64,000 bases of DNA from Terrimicrobiaceae bacterium (lineage in GTDB: Bacteria; Verrucomicrobiota; Verrucomicrobiia; Chthoniobacterales; Terrimicrobiaceae), in NCBI GenBank assembly GCA_041752695.1, contig JBGSVZ010000016.1, forward strand, positions 1 through 64,000, read 5' to 3'. Numbering within the stretch: the first letter of the stretch is position 1; the number at the start of each line of letters is the position of its first letter. The notes beneath the pieces were generated by a model that had not been told where the DNA came from, did no database searches, and saw only the letters and a list, made by a program, of their open reading frames with translations. This document shows, piece after piece, positions 53,823 through 63,027 of the stretch. A program made the translations under genes and the position numbers.

Positions 53823-56330
53823 ATGAAGTTGCAAGTCCTTACCGTATCCGTCCTGCTCGCACTCAGCGCCCTTCCCAGCCACGCGCAACAAGCGGGTGCC
53901 CAAAGTGCCGCTGAACGCGAGATCCGACGCCAGGAGCAGATGTCCCGTCATGCTCAGGAAGCCGTGAACAAAGGCAACGAGGCGATGCGCAACCAGGACT
54001 TCGAGACGGCTTTTGCGTATTTCAAGAGCGCGGTAGATGTCCTGCCCAGCAGTGGAGCCGCCACCGCCGCCGTGCGGGAGGAAGCTGTCGAGGGGTTCAG
54101 CCGGGCCTCGGTCAAGCTGGCGCAACAGCGGATTTCGGAGGGCCGATTCCAGGACGCTTCGATGACCATCAGCGTTGTGCTGGAGGACCGTTATAATCCG
54201 AGCTACGAGCCCGCTCTTGCCATTCAAGCCAAGCTCAAACAGCCCGACACCTTCAACAAAACCCTCACGCCCGGCTTCATTGCCAACGTAGAGGAGGTCA
54301 AGCAGTTGTTGATGGAGGCCGACGGATTTTACAGCACCGGCCGTTACGACCTCGCGTTCAAGCGCTATGAACAGGTCCTCAATGTCGACGCTTACAACAT
54401 TGCCGCCCGGCGCGGCATGGAGAAAGTCAACCAAGCCCGCGCGAAATATGCGAGTGCCGCCTACAATGAGGCCCGTGGTGACATGTTGCGCTCGGTGGAC
54501 AAAGGCTGGGAGCTGCCCGTCCGGAAGTTTGACATCGGATCCACCACCATCATCGCTCAGCCAGAGATTGATCAGCGTGGCACTTCCTTGATCAATCGCA
54601 AGCTCGACGAAATCACCATTCCCCGGATCGACTTCCAGGACGTGACAATTCGTGAAGCGCTGGATTTCATCAAACAACGCGCCGCCGCCCTGGACACGAC
54701 AGAACAGGATCCGGCCAAAAAGGGAGTTAATATTGTCTTGAACATTCCCGAAGGTGCGCCCGAAGGCAGCGCCCGCATCACGCTGGGTCTGACCGATATT
54801 CCGCTTCGTGCGGCCATCAGCTACGTGGCAAATGCCGCCAACCTCAAACTGAAGGTTGAACCTTACGCGGTGTCGGTTGTTCAGCAGAACACTCCGACGG
54901 ATGTCCTCATTACCAAGGAATACAAGGTTCCCCCAGGTTTCATCACGGCCCTGCCTGCCACTGGCGGCGCTGCCCCGTTGCCCGGAGCAGGTGGCACGAC
55001 AGCTGCAGGATCCCTTTCGGCCGTGGCTGCACGCTCAGGAGCCCGCGAATTTCTCGAGACTTCCGGCGTCACCTTCCCTCCCGGGGCGACTGCGTATTTC
55101 ATCGCAAGCTCGAGCAAACTGATCGTCAAAAATACCCAGTCGAACCTCGATCTGGTTGACACGCTGGTGGAAAACTCTCTCACGACTCCTCCCAGCCAAG
55201 TCGAAATCGAATCCAAATTTTTGGAAGTCACCCAAAACAACCTCAAGGAACTGGGTGTGGATTGGCTGATCGGCCAGTTTGCCCTCGCTGGCGGATCAGG
55301 AGTGTATGGTGGCGGCGGAACTCCCGGGCTGAATCAGTCTCTCAATAACAATGCTTATCCCATCATTGGTCCAAATGGCTTGCCGGTTGGAGCCTCCGGT
55401 GCCACGTCGGGTCCGATCACGGGCGGTAATCGGTCAGGCTCGACCGCCATCAGCGTCAATGCGGTTGACGCCTTGCTCTTCGGTTCTCCTCTCGGGCCAG
55501 CCCCGGCCATCATGTCCGTCGCGGGCGTCTTTACGAATCCTCAGTTCCAGGTTGTTCTCCGCGCTCTTAATCAGCAAAAGGGCGTGGACCTGGTCAGCGC
55601 TCCCCGGGTGACCACAAAAAGCGGTGTCCGGGCAACCATTCAAATTGTTCGCGAGTTTCGTTATCCCACGGAATTCGATTTGCCCCAGGTGACACAGACT
55701 CCAGGATCAATCTATACGCCCGCCACACCCACGACTCCCACCTCGTTCGAGACCAAGCCAGTCGGTATTACTCTCGAAGTGGAACCCACGGTCGGTCCGG
55801 ACGGATACACGATCGATCTGATACTTTCGCCCCGCGTTGTCGAGTTTGATGGATTCATCAATTACGGCAGCCCGATTAATACCGTCGCTACCACGGTTGG
55901 CGGTGGCCTGATCGACGCGGATGGAAATATTCTCCAATTCGTTCCGTCCATCAGCCGGACGATCACGATGACCGACAACATCATCAATCAGCCGGTCTTC
56001 TCGACGCGGGAAGTGACCACCGAAGTCACGGTCTACGACGGTCAGACCGTTGTCCTTGGTGGGCTGATGCGTGAGGACATTCAGAAGACAGAAGATAAAG
56101 TCCCGATCCTTGGCGATATTCCGATCGCCGGGCGGCTCTTCAGGACCACCGCCGATCAGCACATCAAACGGAACCTCATTATGTTTGTGACCGCCAATCT
56201 GTTGGACCCCGCTGGCCAGCCTTTGATCAAAGTGGACGAGGAGAATGAAATTATCGCCGTGCCGGACGCCGCCGCCATTGGCGACGAGATCATCCCCGGT
56301 GACGCCTCTTCCATCCCTCTACCCCAATGA
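53823..56330 (+). CDS. Secretin (PilQ/GspD; Amuc_1098-like) with N-terminal TPR-like region, copy 1
   Basis: Signal peptide, TPR-like helices, QVEIESKFLEV, DLVSAPRVTTKSG, GQTVVLGGLM, VPILGDIPIAGRLFR. Confidence 0.92.
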   Translation: MKLQVLTVSVLLALSALPSHAQQAGAQSAAEREIRRQEQMSRHAQEAVNKGNEAMRNQDFETAFAYFKSAVDVLPSSGAATAAVREEAVEGFSRASVKLAQQRISEGRFQDASMTISVVLEDRYNPSYEPALAIQAKLKQPDTFNKTLTPGFIANVEEVKQLLMEADGFYSTGRYDLAFKRYEQVLNVDAYNIAARRGMEKVNQARAKYASAAYNEARGDMLRSVDKGWELPVRKFDIGSTTIIAQPEIDQRGTSLINRKLDEITIPRIDFQDVTIREALDFIKQRAAALDTTEQDPAKKGVNIVLNIPEGAPEGSARITLGLTDIPLRAAISYVANAANLKLKVEPYAVSVVQQNTPTDVLITKEYKVPPGFITALPATGGAAPLPGAGGTTAAGSLSAVAARSGAREFLETSGVTFPPGATAYFIASSSKLIVKNTQSNLDLVDTLVENSLTTPPSQVEIESKFLEVTQNNLKELGVDWLIGQFALAGGSGVYGGGGTPGLNQSLNNNAYPIIGPNGLPVGASGATSGPITGGNRSGSTAISVNAVDALLFGSPLGPAPAIMSVAGVFTNPQFQVVLRALNQQKGVDLVSAPRVTTKSGVRATIQIVREFRYPTEFDLPQVTQTPGSIYTPATPTTPTSFETKPVGITLEVEPTVGPDGYTIDLILSPRVVEFDGFINYGSPINTVATTVGGGLIDADGNILQFVPSISRTITMTDNIINQPVFSTREVTTEVTVYDGQTVVLGGLMREDIQKTEDKVPILGDIPIAGRLFRTTADQHIKRNLIMFVTANLLDPAGQPLIKVDEENEIIAVPDAAAIGDEIIPGDASSIPLPQ

Positions 56331-56373
56331 CTTGCCGCCCCGGAAAATGAGATTTTTGCCCCTACCTGATATT

Positions 56374-58977
56374 ATGAGACTACCGGCTTTCCTTTTTCCT
56401 GCGATGGCGTTAGCGACTTCCTTGGGCTCCCTGAGCGCCCAGAATCTGGAGTCCGTCGCTGACCGTGAGATCGTTCGGCGTCAGGAAGACTTGGTCGTCG
56501 CCGACCAATTGGTGACCAAAGGCGACAAGGCCATTGCCGACAAAGACTACGAGACCGCCTACGTCAGCTACCTCGATGCCCTGGATCTGGTTCCTGCTGG
56601 GTCGGCCAGCGGTTCGATGCGTGCGTCCACCTTGGACAAATTCAGCCGGGCCTCGATTTCCTACGCGGAACATCTCATTGCGACGGGAAGGTATAGCGAC
56701 GCGGAGAAAGTGGCAAAAACTGTTCTGCAACCCCGGTACAATCCCTCCTACAAGCCAGCCGTTCAGCTCCTGGCGAACCTCGAGCAACCCGATTATTACA
56801 ACAAGACAGTAACTCCGGGGTCTGCGGCTGACACGGAGGAAGTCACCCGGCTCCTTTATGAAGCCGAGGGATATTATCAGACCGGTCGCTTTGATCTGGC
56901 GATGAAACGCTACGAACAGGTTCTCAATATTGATCGCTACAATATTGCGGCCCGCAAGGGCATGGAGCAGGTGAACCTCGATAAATCGAAGTATTACGGC
57001 AACGCCTACAACGAAACCCGCAGCCGCATGCTGTGGGAGGTCGACCAGACTTGGGAGCGACCTGTTCGCCGTTTTCAGGGCGGACGTACTACCTCTGTCG
57101 GGGCCGTCAACCGTACGGGGATCCGCGGCACGGAAGCAATTGTTAACAAGCTGAATCGCATCATCATCCCGCGCATTGATCTGCAGGATGCGACTGTCCG
57201 GGAAGCGGTGGATTTTCTCAAACAGCGCAGCAAAGATTTGGACACTACGACGGATAACCCACAGGATCGCCGGGGAGTTAACATCGTTCTTAAACTCGAA
57301 AGCGCGGGTCCCGCTCCTGTCGTTGATCCTGCCGCGCCCCCAGCCGACCCTGCAGCACCGGCACCTACCATGGGAGGCAACGAGAACACCAAAATTACTC
57401 TCGCCCTCACCAACGTTCCTCTCATTGAGGCCTTGCGTTATTTGACGGAACTTTCCGGGTTGAAGTACAAAATCGACCCCTATGCCGTCTCCATTGTGCC
57501 TCTCTCGGAAAACACCACGGATTTGGTGACGAAGGAATACCGCGTGCCTCCCGGATTTATCCCCACGGATGCTGCCGGTGAAGGATCTGACCCAGCTCCC
57601 GGTGTGGTAACTGCCGATACGTCCGTCCGGCGGATCGGTGCCCGCACTGACGCCAAGACCTATCTTGCCCAGAGCGGTGTGCCATTTCCCACCGGTGCCT
57701 TTGCTCAATATGTTCCGGCTGGTAGTAAGTTGATCGTGCGTAACACCCCGGATGCGATTGATCTAGTCGATTTCATCGTGGACGCGGCCGTCGGTGTTCA
57801 GCCTACCCAGGTCGAGATCGAGTCGAAGTTTCTGGAGATTACCCAGAACAATCTGAAAGAGCTCGGATTTGATTGGCTGGTCGGTCCCTTCTCGATAGGG
57901 GGTGGCGTGTATGGCGCCGGGGGAACCCAGGGTTCTGGAACCAATGCGGATCCCACCTCGCCAAACCCTGCGAATTTCCCCTTCACCTCCGGTGGCGCGC
58001 CTATCGGCGCTTCGGGAGCTCCCAATGGTGGTTATCCCCTCACGGGTGGCCTGCGCACCGGGGTTGGCACGAGCACGGCCTCAGCGGTTTCCGCGAACAG
58101 TATTGATGCGCTTTTGGCAGGGGTCTTGCCCGGCGCAAATTTTGCCGCACCAGCCATCTTCGGCGTTTCCGGAATCTTTACGAATCCCCAGTTCCAGGTC
58201 GTGATCCGTGCTCTGGACCAAAAGAAAGGTGTCGATCTGATGTCCGCTCCGAAAGTCACCACCAAGAGCGGCCACAAAGCCATCGTTCGGGTTGTTCGGG
58301 AGTTCCCTTACCCCACGGAGTTTAATCCGCCGGAGCCTCCTCCTCCCTCCACTGGTGGCGGCAGCGGTGGCGTCATCGTTTTGTCTCCCGGGAGTATCAT
58401 CACGACGGGTGTGGTTACGCCTACGACCCCCACGGCATTCGAAACACGCAACTTGGGTGTGACCTTGGAAGTTGAACCGGTGGTCGGACCCGATGGCTAC
58501 ACGATCGATCTCAATCTCTCGCCAGAGGTGGTCGAGTTCGACGGGTTCGTCAACTATGGCTCACCGATCTTTGGTGCCCAATACAACCCGCTGACTTTTT
58601 CAATCGATACACCGGTCCTCACGGAAAACGTGATCAATCAGCCGATCTTCTCGACCCGCAAAGTGACGACCAGCGTGAGCATCTGGGATGGCCAGACGAT
58701 CGCCCTCGGCGGACTGATCCGCGAAGACGTTCAAAAAGTGCAGGACAAGGTCCCGCTCCTAGGGGATATCCCCTTGGCCGGCCGATTGTTCCGTTCCAAT
58801 GTTGATCAGAAAATCAAACGCAACTTGATCATCTTCGTAACTGCCCGACTCATGGACGCGGAAGGTCGTCCGGTTCGTCAGGAGGACGAGACGGAAGAAA
58901 TTGTGGAACCGCTTGGCCTCCCTCAGGAAGTGCCGGCCCCTGTCTTCGATCTCGGAAAAGGCAGCCCCGGCAAATAA
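56374..58977 (+). CDS. Secretin (PilQ/GspD; Amuc_1098-like), copy 2
   Basis: Same architecture as copy 1, with DLMSAPKVTTKSG and VPLLGDIPLAGRLFR. Start 56347 or 56374. Confidence 0.92.
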   Translation: MRLPAFLFPAMALATSLGSLSAQNLESVADREIVRRQEDLVVADQLVTKGDKAIADKDYETAYVSYLDALDLVPAGSASGSMRASTLDKFSRASISYAEHLIATGRYSDAEKVAKTVLQPRYNPSYKPAVQLLANLEQPDYYNKTVTPGSAADTEEVTRLLYEAEGYYQTGRFDLAMKRYEQVLNIDRYNIAARKGMEQVNLDKSKYYGNAYNETRSRMLWEVDQTWERPVRRFQGGRTTSVGAVNRTGIRGTEAIVNKLNRIIIPRIDLQDATVREAVDFLKQRSKDLDTTTDNPQDRRGVNIVLKLESAGPAPVVDPAAPPADPAAPAPTMGGNENTKITLALTNVPLIEALRYLTELSGLKYKIDPYAVSIVPLSENTTDLVTKEYRVPPGFIPTDAAGEGSDPAPGVVTADTSVRRIGARTDAKTYLAQSGVPFPTGAFAQYVPAGSKLIVRNTPDAIDLVDFIVDAAVGVQPTQVEIESKFLEITQNNLKELGFDWLVGPFSIGGGVYGAGGTQGSGTNADPTSPNPANFPFTSGGAPIGASGAPNGGYPLTGGLRTGVGTSTASAVSANSIDALLAGVLPGANFAAPAIFGVSGIFTNPQFQVVIRALDQKKGVDLMSAPKVTTKSGHKAIVRVVREFPYPTEFNPPEPPPPSTGGGSGGVIVLSPGSIITTGVVTPTTPTAFETRNLGVTLEVEPVVGPDGYTIDLNLSPEVVEFDGFVNYGSPIFGAQYNPLTFSIDTPVLTENVINQPIFSTRKVTTSVSIWDGQTIALGGLIREDVQKVQDKVPLLGDIPLAGRLFRSNVDQKIKRNLIIFVTARLMDAEGRPVRQEDETEEIVEPLGLPQEVPAPVFDLGKGSPGK

Positions 58978-58989
58978 ATCCTTGCTCCT

Positions 58990-59017
58990 TCCCCTGCTTT
59001 CTTTGGAAAGCGGGGGA
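58990..59017 (+). terminator. 12-bp hairpin after the second secretin (no U-tract; terminator or mRNA-stabilising stem)
   Basis: TCCCCTGCTTTC-TTTG-GAAAGCGGGGGA (one G.U pair). Confidence 0.45.
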
Positions 59018-59051
59018 TGGCGGGTTCCGGGCAACAGGAAACGACGCTGTC

Positions 59052-59654
59052 ATGCCCCTCATTGGAATCACTGGTGGAATTGCGTCAGGGAAGTCCACCT
59101 TTCGAAAGCTTCTGCTCGAACGTATCGAAGCAGACGCCTTTGACACTGATGCGTGTGCGCGCGAGCTTCTTGATGAGGATGATTCCATTCGCGAGCAAGT
59201 TTTGGAACGCGTCCATCCCCAAGCCTACGGGGAGGAGGGAAAACCTAACCGCGCCCTACTGCGCGAACTGATCTACAAGGATGCTGCGAAAAAGCGGACG
59301 CTCGAGGGCATTCTCCATCCCATGATCCGTGATCGATGGTCGCGTCAGGCCCGGGAGGCAGCGGCAGTGAATCGCCTTTTTGTCGTGGATATCCCACTGC
59401 TTTTTGAGACGAAGGCTGAATCGCTCTTCGATAAGATTGTCACCGTGGCGTGTTCGCTCGAGATTCAGCTCTCCCGCCTGGAACAGAACCGAAAACTACC
59501 CCGGGAAATTTCCGAGAAAATCATTGCTTCCCAGATGCCGATGGGGGTGAAAATCTCCCGGTCTCACCACGTCGTCTGGAACGAAGGCGCTCTGGAAAGC
59601 CTGACGACCCAAACCGATTTCCTAGCCCGCCATTTGCATGACCGATACGGTTGA
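59052..59654 (+). CDS. coaE: Dephospho-CoA kinase
   Basis: IGITGGIASGKST, LEGILHP, VVDIPLLFE, IASQMP. Confidence 0.96.
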   Translation: MPLIGITGGIASGKSTFRKLLLERIEADAFDTDACARELLDEDDSIREQVLERVHPQAYGEEGKPNRALLRELIYKDAAKKRTLEGILHPMIRDRWSRQAREAAAVNRLFVVDIPLLFETKAESLFDKIVTVACSLEIQLSRLEQNRKLPREISEKIIASQMPMGVKISRSHHVVWNEGALESLTTQTDFLARHLHDRYG

Positions 59655-60939
59655 AAATTCTTCTCCTCCGCCCGCGTTGGAGCCCTTGTGTTTAAACACG
59701 CTCCAAACCCTGAGTCTGGAGAAGCTCCTTGCCCGCGCGGCGGAGCTTGGTATCCGGCTGCGTCCGGATAGCTCGCGCCACCATCTGGTCCTCGACCAGG
59801 CGAAGCTGCAGCTCGGGCAGGGTGGGGTCGTTCTGGCCACGGGTCTTCTGGAGGTGACCGGAGATAGCGGCGTGCTGCGCTGGCCGGCGTTTAATCTGCG
59901 GCCGGGTCCGGAAGACGTCCTGGTTCCAGCGTCGCTCCTGCGGCCTTTGGATCTGCGGTCGGGTCTTTTCCTTCATTGTTCGCTTCGGTTGCCCAAGGAC
60001 CGTGAGCGGGGGCTTGTGGTCGAAGCGATTCTGGACATCGAGGGAATTCCCGTTGGGGAATGGCAGGCCCCGGCAGATTTTGAAAAGCTGACACCGCTCT
60101 TCCCTAATCGCCGGGTTTTTCTGGATGCGGCGCAGAGTTCCTCCCTGAGCGCGCGTGCGGTGGATCTGATTGCTCCGCTGGGCATGGGCCAGCGGGGTTT
60201 GATTGTGGCTCCGCCCCGGGCCGGAAAAACGCTTATGCTGAAGGCCATTGCCAAGGCAATCCGGGCGAATCACCCGAAGGTGGCGCTTATTCTGCTCCTG
60301 GTGGACGAACGTCCCGAGGAGGTGACGGATCTGCGCCGCGATCTCGACTGTGAAATTTATAGTTCGACTTTTGATGAGGCGGTCGCCCGCCACGTCCAGG
60401 TCTGTGAAGCTGTTTCCGAACGCGCCAAACGCCTGGTCGAACTGCGCAAGGATGTGATTATTCTGGTGGACTCGATCACCCGGATGGCGCGCGGTTACAA
60501 TAATCTCCAGCCGGGCAAAGGCCGGACGATGAGCGGGGGCGTTGACACCAAGGCCCTCTCCCGACCGCGGAAGTTTTTCGGCTCCGCCCGCAATGTGGAG
60601 GAGGGCGGCAGCCTCACCATTCTGGCCACCGCGCTGGTGGAAACCCAGAGCCGGATGGATGACCTGATCTTTGAGGAGTTTAAAGGCACCGGAAATATGG
60701 AGGTCCACCTGGACCGGTCGATTGCCGAGCAGCGAATTTTTCCCGCCATTCACATCGTCAAATCCGGCACGCGGCGTGAGGAACTGCTGTACCATCCCGA
60801 CGAGTATGAACGTGTGGTGCAAATCCGGCGTCAGCTTTCCGAACTTCCCGCGGCCGAGGCCATGGAAGTGCTCATGACCAATCTTCAGCATACCCGGTCC
60901 AATGCCGAGTTGCTGCTCGCAGGACTCAAGGGGGTCTGA
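59638..60939 (+). CDS. rho: Transcription termination factor Rho (divergent N-terminal domain)
   Basis: [67 protein letters not shown]. Confidence 0.93.
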   Translation: MTDTVENSSPPPALEPLCLNTLQTLSLEKLLARAAELGIRLRPDSSRHHLVLDQAKLQLGQGGVVLATGLLEVTGDSGVLRWPAFNLRPGPEDVLVPASLLRPLDLRSGLFLHCSLRLPKDRERGLVVEAILDIEGIPVGEWQAPADFEKLTPLFPNRRVFLDAAQSSSLSARAVDLIAPLGMGQRGLIVAPPRAGKTLMLKAIAKAIRANHPKVALILLLVDERPEEVTDLRRDLDCEIYSSTFDEAVARHVQVCEAVSERAKRLVELRKDVIILVDSITRMARGYNNLQPGKGRTMSGGVDTKALSRPRKFFGSARNVEEGGSLTILATALVETQSRMDDLIFEEFKGTGNMEVHLDRSIAEQRIFPAIHIVKSGTRREELLYHPDEYERVVQIRRQLSELPAAEAMEVLMTNLQHTRSNAELLLAGLKGV

Positions 60940-60951
60940 AGAAGCGGTTGA

Positions 60952-61076
60952 AACCACGGATGGGCCAAGCACGGAAATTCGGGCACCTGCGACGTACTCC
61001 TGGCCCCACGAAGCGGGAGCATCTGAACAAGCATATCGTCTCGTGCAGCATCCGTGTTAATCCGTGAGATCCGTAG
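60952..61076. repeat. Second REP-like element (AACCACGGATG ... ATCCGTG x2-3)
   Basis: Begins AACCACGGATG; ends ATCCGTGTTA ATCCGTGAG ATCCGTAG. Confidence 0.6.
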
Positions 61077-62410
61077 ATTTTTTTCCTGCTGGCCTTAAGC
61101 GAACCGCCCCTCTGTTGCTTGCCCTGCTTTTGGTTTTCGGCTCCCTACTGTTTTTGAGTCGTGCGATGGACCATGGCGTTCGGGTCAATCGGGATATCGA
61201 TCGCACAGATCAAGGAGCCTATATCGAGCAGGGCATCGCCATGCGGGACAGCGACTACGCCTACCTGAATCCTCGCAATCGCATGCCGCTTTATCCCGGC
61301 CTTCTGTCGCTGTTTATGGAGAAGGGGGCGAAGCCCGATGCGTTTTTTCCGACGGCGAAACACATCAATACGGCTCTCGCTTTTGCCGGCCTGATTTTTG
61401 TCGGTGCGGTATTTCTCAGGAAATTTCCGCGGCATCATGCCCTGAACATTCTTTTCCTTGCCGCGTTTACCGTTTTCCTCTTCAAGGCGGCTTATGTGCA
61501 GGCGGAGGTCCTTTATTATTTCCTCACCTTTGCCGTCTTTCTGCTCTGCTGGCGACTGTTCGGCCGGCCGGGATTCTGGACGGCGGTGTTGGCGGGCGGG
61601 TTATTGGGTCTGGCGCATCTGACAAAAGCGTCCGTTCTGCCCGGGCTATTAGTTGTCCTGGTCTTTCTGCCACTGGACGGGCTCTGGCAACGCTGGAAAT
61701 CGAATTTTCCCCCGCTGGGAAAAGTCGGGGCGGCGATTCTGGTGACGGTGGTATTTCTGGCGTCGGTTTACCCCTATATCGCTAATAGCAAAAAGGTCTT
61801 CGGGCGTTATTTTTACAATGTAAACTCCACTTTTTACATGTGGACGGATTCCTGGAAGGAGGCCAAAGCGCGCACGCGAGCGGCCGGGGACCGCAAAGGG
61901 TGGCCCGATCTTCCCGCTGACCAGATTCCCAGTTTTTCCAATTACCTGAAGACGCATTCCGCGGGGGAAATCGCCTGGCGAATCGTCAAAGGCATCTCGG
62001 TGGTTTTTAACTCCATGAGAGGCAGCTACGGGTATTTGGGTATTTGTCTGGCCTACCTGGCCTTTGCCGCGTTTTTAGTCGCCTGGAAATGGCGGTTGGC
62101 CCTTCGGCTCTTTCTGCGACGTCCTTTCCCTCCGCTTGCCCTGTTGGCGTATTTTGGCGGCTATTATCTGCTGGTGGCGTGGTATAGTTCGATCATCAGT
62201 GGGAACCGGTTTATTCTCGGCCTCTTCCTGCCCTTTCTATTTACCGTCTCCGCGATCATTGTCGTGCTCGCCCCGCGCCTTCGCTGGTCGTGGCAGGGGA
62301 GGGAGCTTAACGCGTTCTCGGTTTTTAATGGGCTGATGTCAGTTTGGATTGCAGTGGAAATTGCGGTGATCTGCGTCTGGCGCATATCGTCCGACTACGG
62401 GGGGAGTTAG
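61064..62410 (+). CDS. Polytopic membrane protein, GT-C/GT39-like
   Basis: First-loop DQGAY...RMPLYP, QAEVLYY, GLAHLTKAS and many TM helices. Start uncertain. Confidence 0.65.
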   Translation: MRSVDFFPAGLKRTAPLLLALLLVFGSLLFLSRAMDHGVRVNRDIDRTDQGAYIEQGIAMRDSDYAYLNPRNRMPLYPGLLSLFMEKGAKPDAFFPTAKHINTALAFAGLIFVGAVFLRKFPRHHALNILFLAAFTVFLFKAAYVQAEVLYYFLTFAVFLLCWRLFGRPGFWTAVLAGGLLGLAHLTKASVLPGLLVVLVFLPLDGLWQRWKSNFPPLGKVGAAILVTVVFLASVYPYIANSKKVFGRYFYNVNSTFYMWTDSWKEAKARTRAAGDRKGWPDLPADQIPSFSNYLKTHSAGEIAWRIVKGISVVFNSMRGSYGYLGICLAYLAFAAFLVAWKWRLALRLFLRRPFPPLALLAYFGGYYLLVAWYSSIISGNRFILGLFLPFLFTVSAIIVVLAPRLRWSWQGRELNAFSVFNGLMSVWIAVEIAVICVWRISSDYGGS

Positions 62411-63019
62411 TCCCGGAAGCGGGGCGGGAGATCCGGGAACACGGTGCGCGGTGAAACGCACAAAAAGATACCCGGCCACGCACCCTCCCAGATGAGCGGC
62501 ATGCCCGATTACTGGCATCAGACCGGTGACTAGGAAAAACAGCGACGAACCGGCGAGGCCCCAGCCGAGGTATTTCGCCCGAAGTGGGACCGGGATAAAA
62601 AACAGCAGCGCGACGATCTTCGACTCCGGAAAGATGGTGGTAAAAGCGATGATCACCCCGAACACCGCGCCCGAGGCACCGATCAAGGCGGCCCCGTGGC
62701 CAAGCGCGAGTTGAAAGACTCCGCCCGCCACTGCGGCGATCGCGTACAGCGCCAGAAACCGCCAGGTTCCCATCACCCGCTCCACCACGCGTCCGGCGAA
62801 CCACAGGCCCATCATGTTGAAGAGCAGGTGGAGGGTGTTTCCATGGAGGAAGGCATGGGTGATAAACTGCCACCAGCCGCCAGCTTCCAGCCCCGGCACG
62901 CTCAGCGCGTAGGTGCCGAGGAATCGCGGGGGCGCCAGCGTGATCTGGTAAAGAAACACGAGCACGTTCACGCCGATCAGGACTGGCACGGCCTTGAGCG
63001 GCCTTCCCATAGGGTTCAT
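62339..63019 (-). CDS. Rhomboid-family intramembrane serine protease
   Basis: WWQFITHAFLHG..LHLLFNM, catalytic GASG, AHLGG. Confidence 0.93.
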   Translation of the reverse strand: MNPMGRPLKAVPVLIGVNVLVFLYQITLAPPRFLGTYALSVPGLEAGGWWQFITHAFLHGNTLHLLFNMMGLWFAGRVVERVMGTWRFLALYAIAAVAGGVFQLALGHGAALIGASGAVFGVIIAFTTIFPESKIVALLFFIPVPLRAKYLGWGLAGSSLFFLVTGLMPVIGHAAHLGGCVAGYLFVRFTAHRVPGSPAPLPGLTPPVVGRYAPDADHRNFHCNPN

Positions 63020-63027
63020 GCGGGAAA

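Noticed and set aside
56245..56373. N-terminal extension of secretin 2 overlapping secretin 1
   Set aside because: A good signal peptide begins at 56374 (or 56347). The upstream ATG lies inside the previous gene.
59692..60972. 426-aa minus-strand ORF (also 56410-57708)
   Set aside because: Antisense shadows of rho and of the secretin.
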